Source of the DNA: Acidobacteriaceae bacterium
GTDB lineage: Bacteria > Acidobacteriota > Terriglobia > Terriglobales > Acidobacteriaceae
Length of the DNA: 64,000 nucleotides
NCBI GenBank assembly: GCA_036272895.1
Contig: DATAXW010000001.1
Location: 1,409 to 65,408, forward strand
Direction of reading: 5' to 3'
In this document: piece after piece, positions 37,919 through 46,034 of the stretch
Layout of the letters: every line of letters begins with the position of its first letter
Position numbering within the stretch: the stretch's first letter is position 1
Program-made: the position numbers and the translations under genes
The notes under the pieces: model-generated
What the model saw: the letters and a program-made list of their open reading frames with translations, nothing else
What the model was told of the DNA's origin: nothing
Databases searched by the model: none

Positions 37919-38877
37919 GTCGCATCTACGAAGCACTACAACGAGCCGAGGCTGAGCGGCAACTGGAGCGCGGAGAGAACGCTGAGGAGACACAGCCGCG
38001 CATCGCAGAGAATGTGCATGCCGCTGTCTCGGGCCGCTTCGCGGCTCCTCCTGCTCCCGTTTCCGCGATTGCAGCGGCCACTTCCACTGCCCTGGCTGAA
38101 CCGCCGGCGCAGGAGCAGCGTGCACTGCAGACAGCGTTCCCGCGTGAGATCGAGGAGCGGCCATGGCAGCTCTCGATCGATCGGCTGCCAGCGCTTGAAC
38201 ACCGTGGACCGGCGGTGGAGCAGTTCCGCAGCCTGCGCTCCCGGGTGCAGGAGTTTCGCGCGATGAACCGGCTCAAGTCTCTGCTGGTAAGCAGCGGCAT
38301 ACCGCAGGAGGGCAAGAGCTTCATTGCCGCAAATCTCGCAGTGAGCCTGGCGCTGCACAAGAACAACAAGGTGCTGCTTGTGGACGGCGATATGCGGCGG
38401 TCGTCTCTGCAGGAGTACTTCGGCTTCGAGGCGACGGCGGGTCTGGCGGACTATCTTGCAGGCACGGCTGAGCTGGCGGCTGTGATGCAGCGGCCTGACG
38501 CCTCGAGCAGACCGAGCCAGGCAATCGCTCCCATACTGAACAACCTGGTGATGATCCCGGCAGGAAATGGCGGAGACAAGGCGGCCGATCTGGCCGGCAG
38601 CCCCCGGTTCGAGGAGCTGCTGCAGCGTGCGGCGCCGCACTTCGACTGGATCATCGTCGATTCGTCGCCGGTTCTTCCGGTCTCGGATGCTGTGAGTATG
38701 GGGCGCGCGTGCGATGCTGTGCTGCTGGTTGCCCGTTCGAACTTCACCAGCTTCCCGGTCGCCCAGCGCGCGAAGCACGAGCTGAAGGCCTCAAACATCA
38801 TCGGGTTTGTGCTGAATGCAGTGAAGAATCCACCGGCTCTTAATAACTACTACACATACGAGAGCAACACTGCTTAA
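37915..38877 (+). CDS. BY-kinase (CpsD/CapB-type tyrosine-protein kinase)
   Basis: MSRIYEAL; EQFRSLRS; Walker A PQEGKS; VDGDMR; IIVDSSP; C-terminal YYTY cluster. Confidence 0.92.
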   Translation: MSRIYEALQRAEAERQLERGENAEETQPRIAENVHAAVSGRFAAPPAPVSAIAAATSTALAEPPAQEQRALQTAFPREIEERPWQLSIDRLPALEHRGPAVEQFRSLRSRVQEFRAMNRLKSLLVSSGIPQEGKSFIAANLAVSLALHKNNKVLLVDGDMRRSSLQEYFGFEATAGLADYLAGTAELAAVMQRPDASSRPSQAIAPILNNLVMIPAGNGGDKAADLAGSPRFEELLQRAAPHFDWIIVDSSPVLPVSDAVSMGRACDAVLLVARSNFTSFPVAQRAKHELKASNIIGFVLNAVKNPPALNNYYTYESNTA

Positions 38878-38895
38878 ATTAGATCACGGGCTTCC

Positions 38896-40272
38896 ATGAT
38901 CAGATTTTTCAATGTCTACTATCCAACGCGGACGATCATCCTCATTCTCTGCGAGGCGCTGATCGTTTACGGGTCGTTTGTGCTTGCCTCTGTGCTTCTG
39001 CTGGGGCCGTCGACGATGGATGTGCTGGCCGACCGGCATGGGGTGGTAAAGATCGGCGCCCTGACCGTCCTGACAATCCTCTGCGCGTACTACTTCGACC
39101 TGTATGAGCCGCAGCAACTGTCGGCGCCGTGGGAGATCTACTTCCGGCTGCTGCTGGTGATCGGCTGCCTGTCACTGCTGCTGTCGCTGGTGGTGTTCGT
39201 GTTTCCGCAGGTGGACATCGCGCGGTATGTGTTCCTGCTGGGGCTGGGGCTGGTGGTGATTCTGCTTACCGTGTGGCGGCACGCGTTTGAGTGGATCAGC
39301 GGAAAATCGATGTTTCGGGAGCGGGTGTTCGTCCTGGGCACGGGGGTGATCGCGGCGAACCTGGTGGAGTCGATCCGGAACCGCAAGGAGGCGGGGATGG
39401 AGGTGATTGGGTCGGACAGTCCCCTGCTGCACCCGATCGCCGGCCATGGAGCCTCGGCGGCGACGATCGATCAGGTGGCGTTGATGAAGCCGCCGGTGGA
39501 CCGCGTGGTGATCGCGCTCGAGGAGCGCAGGGGCGAGCTTCCGGTGGATGCGCTGCTGGCGATGCGGATGCGCGGCGTGGAGATCGAAGAGGTGGGCAGC
39601 CTGCTGGAGCGGCTTACGGGCAAGATGCAGCTTGAAGGGCTGCGGCCGAGCAATCTGCTGTTCTGCGAGGGCTTCAACATGAAGCGATCGCTGCAGGTGA
39701 CGCAGCGTGTGGCATCGACCATTGCGGCGCTTACGATCCTGCTGCTGTTTCTTCCCTTCTTTCCGTTCGTGGTGCTGGCGGTGAAGCTCTCGTCCAAGGG
39801 GCCGGTGTTTTTTTCGCAGACCCGGGTGGGGTTGGAGGGGCATGTGTTCAACGTGCACAAGTTCCGCACCATGTTTACCGATGCCGAGGCCAAAGGCGCG
39901 CGGTGGGCGACCAAGGACGACCCTCGGGTGACGCGGGTGGGTGCGTTTTTGCGCAAGACCCGGATCGACGAGGTGCCGCAGCTATGGAACGTGCTGCTGG
40001 GCGAGATGAGCTTCGTAGGCCCAAGGCCGGAGCGGCCGGAGTTCATCTCCTGGCTGGCGGAGGAGATTCCGTTTTACAACCTGCGGCACATGGTGCGGCC
40101 GGGGCTGACGGGATGGGCCCAGGTGCGCTATGGCTACGGTGCGACGCTGGCCGAGAGCCGCGAGAAGCTCTCCTTCGACCTCTATTACCTGAAGCACAAG
40201 TCCCTGGGACTGGACCTGCTGATCATGTTTGAGACGATCAAGACGATCGTCCGGCGGCGCGGAGCGCAGTAG
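38896..40272 (+). CDS. Priming sugar transferase (undecaprenyl-phosphate glycosylphosphotransferase), PEP-CTERM-associated type
   Basis: N-terminal TMs; KFRTM, DDPRVTRVG.FLRKTRIDEVPQL, GEMSFVGPRPERP, RPGLTGWAQV. Confidence 0.95.
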   Translation: MIRFFNVYYPTRTIILILCEALIVYGSFVLASVLLLGPSTMDVLADRHGVVKIGALTVLTILCAYYFDLYEPQQLSAPWEIYFRLLLVIGCLSLLLSLVVFVFPQVDIARYVFLLGLGLVVILLTVWRHAFEWISGKSMFRERVFVLGTGVIAANLVESIRNRKEAGMEVIGSDSPLLHPIAGHGASAATIDQVALMKPPVDRVVIALEERRGELPVDALLAMRMRGVEIEEVGSLLERLTGKMQLEGLRPSNLLFCEGFNMKRSLQVTQRVASTIAALTILLLFLPFFPFVVLAVKLSSKGPVFFSQTRVGLEGHVFNVHKFRTMFTDAEAKGARWATKDDPRVTRVGAFLRKTRIDEVPQLWNVLLGEMSFVGPRPERPEFISWLAEEIPFYNLRHMVRPGLTGWAQVRYGYGATLAESREKLSFDLYYLKHKSLGLDLLIMFETIKTIVRRRGAQ

Positions 40273-40292
40273 GCCTCGCGGTTTGCTGGCTT

Positions 40293-40501
40293 ACCTCCCC
40301 CACCCGGCACTTTTTGCGCAAAGTCTTCAAACCGCAAGACTTAGGTTCGGACTTGGGGTGAAAACTGAGTGAAACGTCCGGAAATTTGCGCCGGTTGGCC
40401 GCAAAGTCTTCAGGCATCGGCGGTTAGAACACTCAAAGAGCGGAAATAGAAAGGCCCGGGTATGGGCCGGGCTGATGCTTCTATTGTACTGCGGCTGTCA
40501 A
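40293..40501 (-). repeat. Dispersed intergenic element, copy C (reverse orientation, duplicated core box)
   Basis: Minus strand: TTGACA-GCCGCAG-TACAAT; GCCCGG/CCGGGC hairpin plus CTTTC; CTAA-N12-GAAGACTTTGCG twice (40400-40427 and 40315-40344); G tail GGGTGGGGGAGG. Confidence 0.85.
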
Positions 40502-40575
40502 GAGCGAGAAAGCCGACAGGTCACGGGGGAGGGATGCGTTTTATCAGGGCGGGTGCAGAAAGGCCAAGCATACCT

Positions 40576-40777
40576 CGGGCTGAAGCCCGTTGCTTAACTG
40601 ATCGATGTGCGGCACGTCTGAAGACGTGCCCTTCCGATTCGTGGGAGGGTTGCAGCCTACCGAGGTTTGGGTGAGGCGATGATGTGGCACACAGCAGAGC
40701 AGTGATGCTCCAAGCGAAATGCGGGGATCCTTCGCCCCTCGACTCCGCTTCGCGTCGCTCAGGGCTCAGGACGACAG
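40576..40777. repeat. REP-like palindromes of two families
   Basis: CGGGCTGAAGCCCG and GGCACGTCTGAAGACGTGCC (40576-40630); GAAATGCGGGGATCCTTCG...GCTCAGGACGACA (40716-40776), whose reverse complement starts TGTCGTCCTGAGC like 3040. Confidence 0.7.
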
Positions 40778-40799
40778 GCTCTTCGTCCGACAGGGTAGC

Positions 40800-41462
40800 T
40801 TAGGCCCTCTGTACCGCGGCGGCCCGTTTGCGCTTCCAGTAGAGGCCGTAGAGGGAGAGCAGGGCGGTACCCATCAGGGCCCAGGTGGAGGGCTCGGGGG
40901 TGTTGGTCGGGGGTGGGGGAGTTACGGAGCAGTCGGGCGGTTTGGGGCAGCCCGGCGGCGAGTCGCAGGCGGGCTTTACCGGGCAGCCGGGACCGACCTC
41001 ATGGGGCGGAAGCGTGTAGAGGCCGGGGTACTCGGGCGCGTAGATGGGCGGCGTGACGAAGTTCTGCGTCGGCTGCTCGGGGAAGATCTGCGGCGGCGGC
41101 GTGTAGGTCGCGATGTTGGTCGCCGGAATCGACGGCGGAGCGGTGAGCTCGAGAGGAAGCTCGAGCGGGTTCAGCTCCAGCGGAGGAAGGAGCTCGGAGG
41201 GCGCCTTCTGTTCGAGCGGAACCTCGCAGGCGAACTCGAGCTTCTTCCAGGTCTCTTTGGGTGTGGGTTTGGGATGCCAGTTGGGGTGCGCCTTGTTCCA
41301 CTCCTGCCATTTGGCCAGGGTTGCAGCGCTCACCTTATGGTGGCGTACGCGCTGCTGGATGAAGCGGACGCACTGCGTGGTGGCATGGACGCCAACTACC
41401 CCCAGGCTTACTGCCACCAGGGTCATGAGAATGACCAGCGGCACACGGAGGATAGGTTTCAT
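40800..41462 (-). CDS. Proline/cysteine-rich PEP-CTERM protein
   Basis: N-terminal hydrophobic signal; Pro-rich body; TPEPSTWALMGTALLSLYGLYWKRKR sorting signal. Confidence 0.88.
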   Translation of the reverse strand: MKPILRVPLVILMTLVAVSLGVVGVHATTQCVRFIQQRVRHHKVSAATLAKWQEWNKAHPNWHPKPTPKETWKKLEFACEVPLEQKAPSELLPPLELNPLELPLELTAPPSIPATNIATYTPPPQIFPEQPTQNFVTPPIYAPEYPGLYTLPPHEVGPGCPVKPACDSPPGCPKPPDCSVTPPPPTNTPEPSTWALMGTALLSLYGLYWKRKRAAAVQRA

Positions 41463-41567
41463 GATGGCCCTTTCGTGATGCATCCCGGCGAAACAGCTTC
41501 AAAAAGTGGACCCAGGAGCTTTGATTCGGGTTGAGGGTTGGACAGCTAAAGGATATCCGGAGGCCAG

Positions 41568-42644
41568 TTACAGCTGGCGGCCGGGTCCCAGGTTGGAGGG
41601 GCTGGGCGGGTTAGGCGCGAGCTCCTCGGTAATGGCGGCGGACGGCTCCGGCGCGAGGCTGGAGGCATCCACTTCGTTGAGTTTGTAGAGCAGCGAGCGG
41701 TAGCTCATCTGCAGCCATTTGGCGGTCTTCTGGCGGTTCCATCCGTTGGTGCGGAGGACCTTGAGGATGATCTGGCGCTCGAGATCGAGCGTGGCCTTCT
41801 TGGTGATGCGCTTGAGCGAGATGGGCTGGCTGATGTCGATCTCGGCCGCGAGGCGATTCCCGCTGGCCAGTTGAGGCATGATCTCGGCCGCGAGCAGGTC
41901 CTCATCGCCGATGAGCACGTAGCTGCGCACGAGGTTGGCGAGCTGGCGGACGTTGCCGGGCCAGGTGTAGCGCTCCATCAGATGGAGGGTGGAGCGGGAG
42001 ATCGACCGCGGCGAGAGCCGGAAGGTGCGCGCGTTGAGGTCCATGAAGTAGTTGACCAGCGGCTCGATCTCCTCACGGCGGTGGCGCAGCGCGGGGAGAT
42101 TGATGGTGACGCCGTTGATGCGGTAGAGCAGGTCGAGCCGGAAGCTGCCCTCATCGACCTGGGCGCGGAGGTCGCGGTTGGCGCAGGAGACCAGCCGGGT
42201 TTCGATGGTGCGGGTCACGTGACCGCCGACGCGGACGAAGCTGCCGTCCTGGAGGACCTGAAGGAGCTTGGACTGGGCGGCGAGGTCGAGGCTGCCGACT
42301 TCGTCCAGGAAGAGGGTGCCGAGATGGGCCTCCTCGACGCGGCCGCGCTTGGTGGCGTGGGCGCCGGTGAAGGCGCCTTTCTCGTAACCGAAGAGCTCGG
42401 TCTCGATGAGGCTCTCGGGGATGGCGGGGCAGCTGACCTTGACCAGCGGGCCCCGGGTGCGGCGGGAGAAGAGATGCAGGTAGCGGGCGCAGACCTCTTT
42501 GCCGGTGCCGCTTTCGCCCTGCAGGAGCACAGGAACGTCGGTTTCGGCGATGCTCTCGAGCTTCTGCCGGATCGCCCGCATGGCCGGCGTCGACCCGAAG
42601 GCGAGTTCGAGGGGCGGCAGATCGAGAAATTCGGCGGAGTCCAT
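41568..42644 (-). CDS. Sigma-54 enhancer-binding protein lacking an N-terminal sensory domain
   Basis: GESGTGKE at about residue 43, ELFGYEKGAFTGA, LFLDEV, WPGNVRQL, C-terminal Fis-type HTH. Confidence 0.92.
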   Translation of the reverse strand: MDSAEFLDLPPLELAFGSTPAMRAIRQKLESIAETDVPVLLQGESGTGKEVCARYLHLFSRRTRGPLVKVSCPAIPESLIETELFGYEKGAFTGAHATKRGRVEEAHLGTLFLDEVGSLDLAAQSKLLQVLQDGSFVRVGGHVTRTIETRLVSCANRDLRAQVDEGSFRLDLLYRINGVTINLPALRHRREEIEPLVNYFMDLNARTFRLSPRSISRSTLHLMERYTWPGNVRQLANLVRSYVLIGDEDLLAAEIMPQLASGNRLAAEIDISQPISLKRITKKATLDLERQIILKVLRTNGWNRQKTAKWLQMSYRSLLYKLNEVDASSLAPEPSAAITEELAPNPPSPSNLGPGRQL

Positions 42645-42838
42645 GGCGAAGTCCAGTCTGAAGCTGATATCCGGGCCGATACAGAAGGCGTCGGAGTCCT
42701 CGCTTGCACGTTCTTCTCCAATCCACCCAGCCTTTGTGGATTAAGGGCAATACTCGTCGAACGACAGAGCTTTTGGGGTGTTTTGCTGTTAACCCTTCGT
42801 TCAACGATGGATTAAGTGCGCAGGATACGGCAAAAGTG

Positions 42839-42875
42839 TGACTTTTTTTGCCTACAAGAGTGCAAAGTTCTTCCT
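42839..42875. promoter_or_regulatory. Putative binding site between the two divergent activator genes
   Basis: TGACTTTTTTTGCCTACA-AGAGTGCAAAGTTCTTCC aligns with TGAGAATCTTCTTGCACA-AGAGTGGCAAAGTTTTTCC at 33230. Confidence 0.55.
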
Positions 42876-43025
42876 TTCCTCAGCATCTACGACTACACTG
42901 GAGCCGTCTCAAAGGGCCTCGCAGACGAAATGCGATCCCCCTCCTTTGGGTGCTGTGAACGACCCGTGCCCGCGGGATGTGCGGGCAGGGCTGCGGTTCG
43001 GCAGCCTGAATCGCTGGAGTAACCC

Positions 43026-44450
43026 ATGTCTGCCTCCTTTGCCCCAGACGTCTATGAGCGCAGCGACGTCATGCCGGAAGAGTCGCCGCGGCTGTACGTG
43101 CTGGATTCGAATCCGGATGTGCTGGATTACCTGCGGCGGACGCTGGACGCCGAGTACGCGCTCAGCCTGTTCATGGAGGAAGAGCCGCTGCTGGAGCAGC
43201 TGAATAATGCGCCTCCGCCGGCGCTGATCCTGCTGGAGTGGGAGAGCATGGAGAAGTCGCTGGCGGTGCTGTCGCATATCCGGTCAACGCTGCCGGACGT
43301 GCCGATTGTGATGCTCTCGTGCACGGCCGAGGTGAAGGACCTGGAGGTGGTGACGCGGGTGGGGGCACGGGGCATTGTGCTGAAGCCATTCCTGGACGGC
43401 AACCTGGAGGCCGCGATCGAGGAGCAGCTGGCCGCGGCGCAGCGGACGATCCCGGCCGAGCCGCAGGAGATTCCGCTGGATGAGACGCACTCGTTTGTGC
43501 GCTCCAGCAAGCGGATGTGCGAGCTGCAGGCGCAGGCGGTGCTGGTGGCGCGGTCGGATATTCCGGTGCTGATCCTGGGCGAGAGCGGGACGGGCAAGGA
43601 GATCCTGGCGCTGTACACGCACAAGATGTCCAACCGCGCGCACCGGATGTTCCTGAAGGTGAACTGCGCGGCGATGCCGGCGGACCTGCTGGAGAGCGAG
43701 CTGTTCGGCTATGAACAGGGCGCGTTTACGGGCGCGGTGAAGACCAAGCCGGGCAAGTTCGAGATCTGCACCGGAGGAACGATCTTTCTGGACGAGATTG
43801 GGGAGATGCCGGGTGTGCTGCAGGCGAAGCTGCTGCAGGTGTTGCAGGACGGCACATTCTCGCGGCTGGGCAGCCGGTCGATGATGCGCGTGGATGTGCG
43901 CGTAATCGCGGCGACCAACATCAACATGAAGGCCGCGATTGCGGCCAAGAGTTTCCGCGAAGACCTTTACTACCGGCTGAACGGATTTTCGCTGTCGATT
44001 CCTCCGCTGTGCGAGCGGCGAGAAGAGATTCCGCTGCTGGCGAACTACTTTATGCGCAAGGTGGCGAAGCGCTATGACCGCAAGCCACTGCCACTGTCGG
44101 CGGGGCTGCTGGAGGCGTTCAGCCGTTATGCGTGGCCGGGAAACCTGCGCGAGATGGAGAACGTCATCAACCGCTATCTGATCCTGGGCGACGAGCGGCC
44201 GATTCTGGCCGAGATGAGCCCGTATGCGGCCTTCCGCAGTGAGTCGAACGGCAATCTGGAGATGGTGGATGGAGCCGGCCTGAAGCAGATCGTGCGCAGC
44301 CTCAAGGGTGAGGCGGAGGCGAGTGCGATTGCGCAGATGCTGGAAAGCAAGGGGTGGAACCGGAAGGCCGCGGCGAGCGAGCTGCAGATCAGCTACAAGG
44401 CCCTGCTGTACAAGATCAAGCAGTATGAACTTGCACCCAAGCGGGCTTGA
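43026..44450 (+). CDS. Sigma-54 enhancer-binding protein with an atypical (pseudo) receiver domain
   Basis: Receiver-like YVLDSN...LILLEW...PIVMLS...KPF with Glu at the expected phospho-Asp position; GESGTGKE, GAFTGA, FLDEIG, WPGNLRE, HTH. Confidence 0.93.
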   Translation: MSASFAPDVYERSDVMPEESPRLYVLDSNPDVLDYLRRTLDAEYALSLFMEEEPLLEQLNNAPPPALILLEWESMEKSLAVLSHIRSTLPDVPIVMLSCTAEVKDLEVVTRVGARGIVLKPFLDGNLEAAIEEQLAAAQRTIPAEPQEIPLDETHSFVRSSKRMCELQAQAVLVARSDIPVLILGESGTGKEILALYTHKMSNRAHRMFLKVNCAAMPADLLESELFGYEQGAFTGAVKTKPGKFEICTGGTIFLDEIGEMPGVLQAKLLQVLQDGTFSRLGSRSMMRVDVRVIAATNINMKAAIAAKSFREDLYYRLNGFSLSIPPLCERREEIPLLANYFMRKVAKRYDRKPLPLSAGLLEAFSRYAWPGNLREMENVINRYLILGDERPILAEMSPYAAFRSESNGNLEMVDGAGLKQIVRSLKGEAEASAIAQMLESKGWNRKAAASELQISYKALLYKIKQYELAPKRA

Positions 44451-44465
44451 CGGGACCGGGGACCC

Positions 44466-44999
44466 ATGCACGATCCAGAGTCGTATTACAGAGTCGTTGT
44501 CCAACGCAGCGATGGAGCCCTGAAGGGCTACGCCGAGAAGGCGCAGTGGACCACGTCGGCGGGGAGCTTTTCAGCCGAGGACCAGGGTCGCGAGAGCATT
44601 CGGGTTACGCGGCTGGACTCGGGCGTGGTGGAAGACGTGTCGCTGGACAATGTGAAGGCCGTGTTTTTCGTCCGCGACTTTGTGGGCGAGGAGAACCGGC
44701 GCGATCTCCGCTTTCACGATCATCTGCCGGCGACGGAGTGCCTGTGGGTGCGGGTGCGGTTCGATGACGGCGAGACGATCGAGGGGCTGATCAATAACAC
44801 CCAGGATTTCGTGCTGGGCGCGGGATTTCTGATGGCGCCCGCGGATACGTTTGGGAACAACCTGCTGATCTACGTGCTGAAGAGCAAGGTGATGGGGTTC
44901 GAGGTGCTGGGGCTGCGGCCGAAGACGAAGAGCCTTTCGCTGCTGGATGGGCCGAAGAACGGGAACGGGAACGGGCGGGGAAACGGGAAGGCTACGTAG
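44466..44999 (+). CDS. Conserved hypothetical protein (DUF6982-like, assigned from memory of motifs)
   Basis: VKAVFFVRDF.G, VRVRFDDGETIEG, GFLMAPAD..GNN motifs; 15 bp after the activator stop. Confidence 0.7.
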   Translation: MHDPESYYRVVVQRSDGALKGYAEKAQWTTSAGSFSAEDQGRESIRVTRLDSGVVEDVSLDNVKAVFFVRDFVGEENRRDLRFHDHLPATECLWVRVRFDDGETIEGLINNTQDFVLGAGFLMAPADTFGNNLLIYVLKSKVMGFEVLGLRPKTKSLSLLDGPKNGNGNGRGNGKAT

Positions 45000-45071
45000 C
45001 GCTGAGCGCCGCAACGCGACGGTGGCGGGGGCGCGACGGAGCACTGAGAACTGCGGAGTAGGAACCTCAGC

Positions 45072-46034
45072 TTAGGCGTTAACGGGCTGTCGTTTGCTCT
45101 GCTCGACGTACCAGGCGACGGTCTTTTCGAGGCCCTCGCGGAAGTCGACCCTGGGAGCGTAGCCGAGCTCGGCCTGGGCACGTTCGATGCTGGCGAGGGA
45201 GTGTTTGACGTCGCCGGCGCGGACCGGCCCGTAGAGCGGGGGGCGCTTGAAACCGAGGGCGTCGGCGATGCCGGAGTAGACCTCGTTGAGGGTGCGGCTC
45301 TTCCCTGTCCCTATGTTGAAGACGCGGCCGGTGGCGATCTGGCTGGACGCCTGGCAGGCGAGGAGATTGGCGCTGACGGCGTTGTCAACGAAGGTGAAGT
45401 CGCGGCTGGTGAGGCCGTCGCCGTAGATGGTGGGGGTTTCGCCGGCCATCATCTTGAAGATGAACTGAGCGATGACGCCGGAGTAGGGCGAGTCGGCCGC
45501 CTGACGGGGGCCGAAGATGTTGAAGTAGCGGAGGCAGACGCCTTCCAGCCCGTAGGCGCGATGGAAGGACTGGATGTAGTACTCGCAGGTGAGCTTCTGG
45601 ACGGCGTAGGGCGAGAGCGGCATGGGAAGCATGCCTTCGTGCTTGGGCTGCGTCGGCTGGTCGCCGTAGGCAGAGGACGAGGCGGCGTAGACGATGCGGC
45701 GAACGCCGGCGTCGCGCGCGGCGAGCAGGAGGTTGAGCGTGCCGTTGATGTTGGATTCGTGCGAGGTGAGCGGGTCTTTGACCGAACGCGGGACAGAGGC
45801 CAGCGCACCCTGATGCAGAACGAACTCCACACCGCGGCAGACGTCGCGCAGGGCGCTCTGATCACGGAGATCGATCTGCTGGAAGTCGATGGAGTCGCGG
45901 ATGTCGGCGAGGTTGTCGAGGTCGCCGGTGGAGAGATTGTCGATGCCGCGGACGTCCTGGCCCTGCTCGACGAGCGTATGCGCGAGCGTGGAGCCGATGA
46001 AGCCTGCGATGCCGGTGATGAGAAACTGTGCCAT
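45072..46034 (-). CDS. NAD-dependent nucleotide-sugar epimerase (WbpP/TviC-like)
   Basis: TGIAGFIGS, ALASVPRSV, ASSSAYG, YAVQK, LRYFNIFGPRQ; GAGGAG before ATG 46034. Confidence 0.92.
   Translation of the reverse strand: MAQFLITGIAGFIGSTLAHTLVEQGQDVRGIDNLSTGDLDNLADIRDSIDFQQIDLRDQSALRDVCRGVEFVLHQGALASVPRSVKDPLTSHESNINGTLNLLLAARDAGVRRIVYAASSSAYGDQPTQPKHEGMLPMPLSPYAVQKLTCEYYIQSFHRAYGLEGVCLRYFNIFGPRQAADSPYSGVIAQFIFKMMAGETPTIYGDGLTSRDFTFVDNAVSANLLACQASSQIATGRVFNIGTGKSRTLNEVYSGIADALGFKRPPLYGPVRAGDVKHSLASIERAQAELGYAPRVDFREGLEKTVAWYVEQSKRQPVNA

Noticed and set aside
27911-40272. PEP-CTERM/exosortase system as a novel system in itself
   Set aside because: A well-described family; only its regulation and accessory genes here are unusual.
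5922-40533. G tails as KOPS (GGGNAGGG) converging on a dif site
   Set aside because: Copies A and B match but copy C has a mismatch. Further top-strand matches at about 27829 and 40526 lie right of the skew flip and point away from it, no dif-like XerC/XerD site was seen, and the skew polarity is opposite to a usual terminus.
42705-42720. Sigma-54 promoter (TGGAGAAGAACGTGCA, minus strand) before the sensor-less activator
   Set aside because: GG-N10-GC spacing is right but the rest matches TGGCACG-N4-TTGC poorly; too weak to call.
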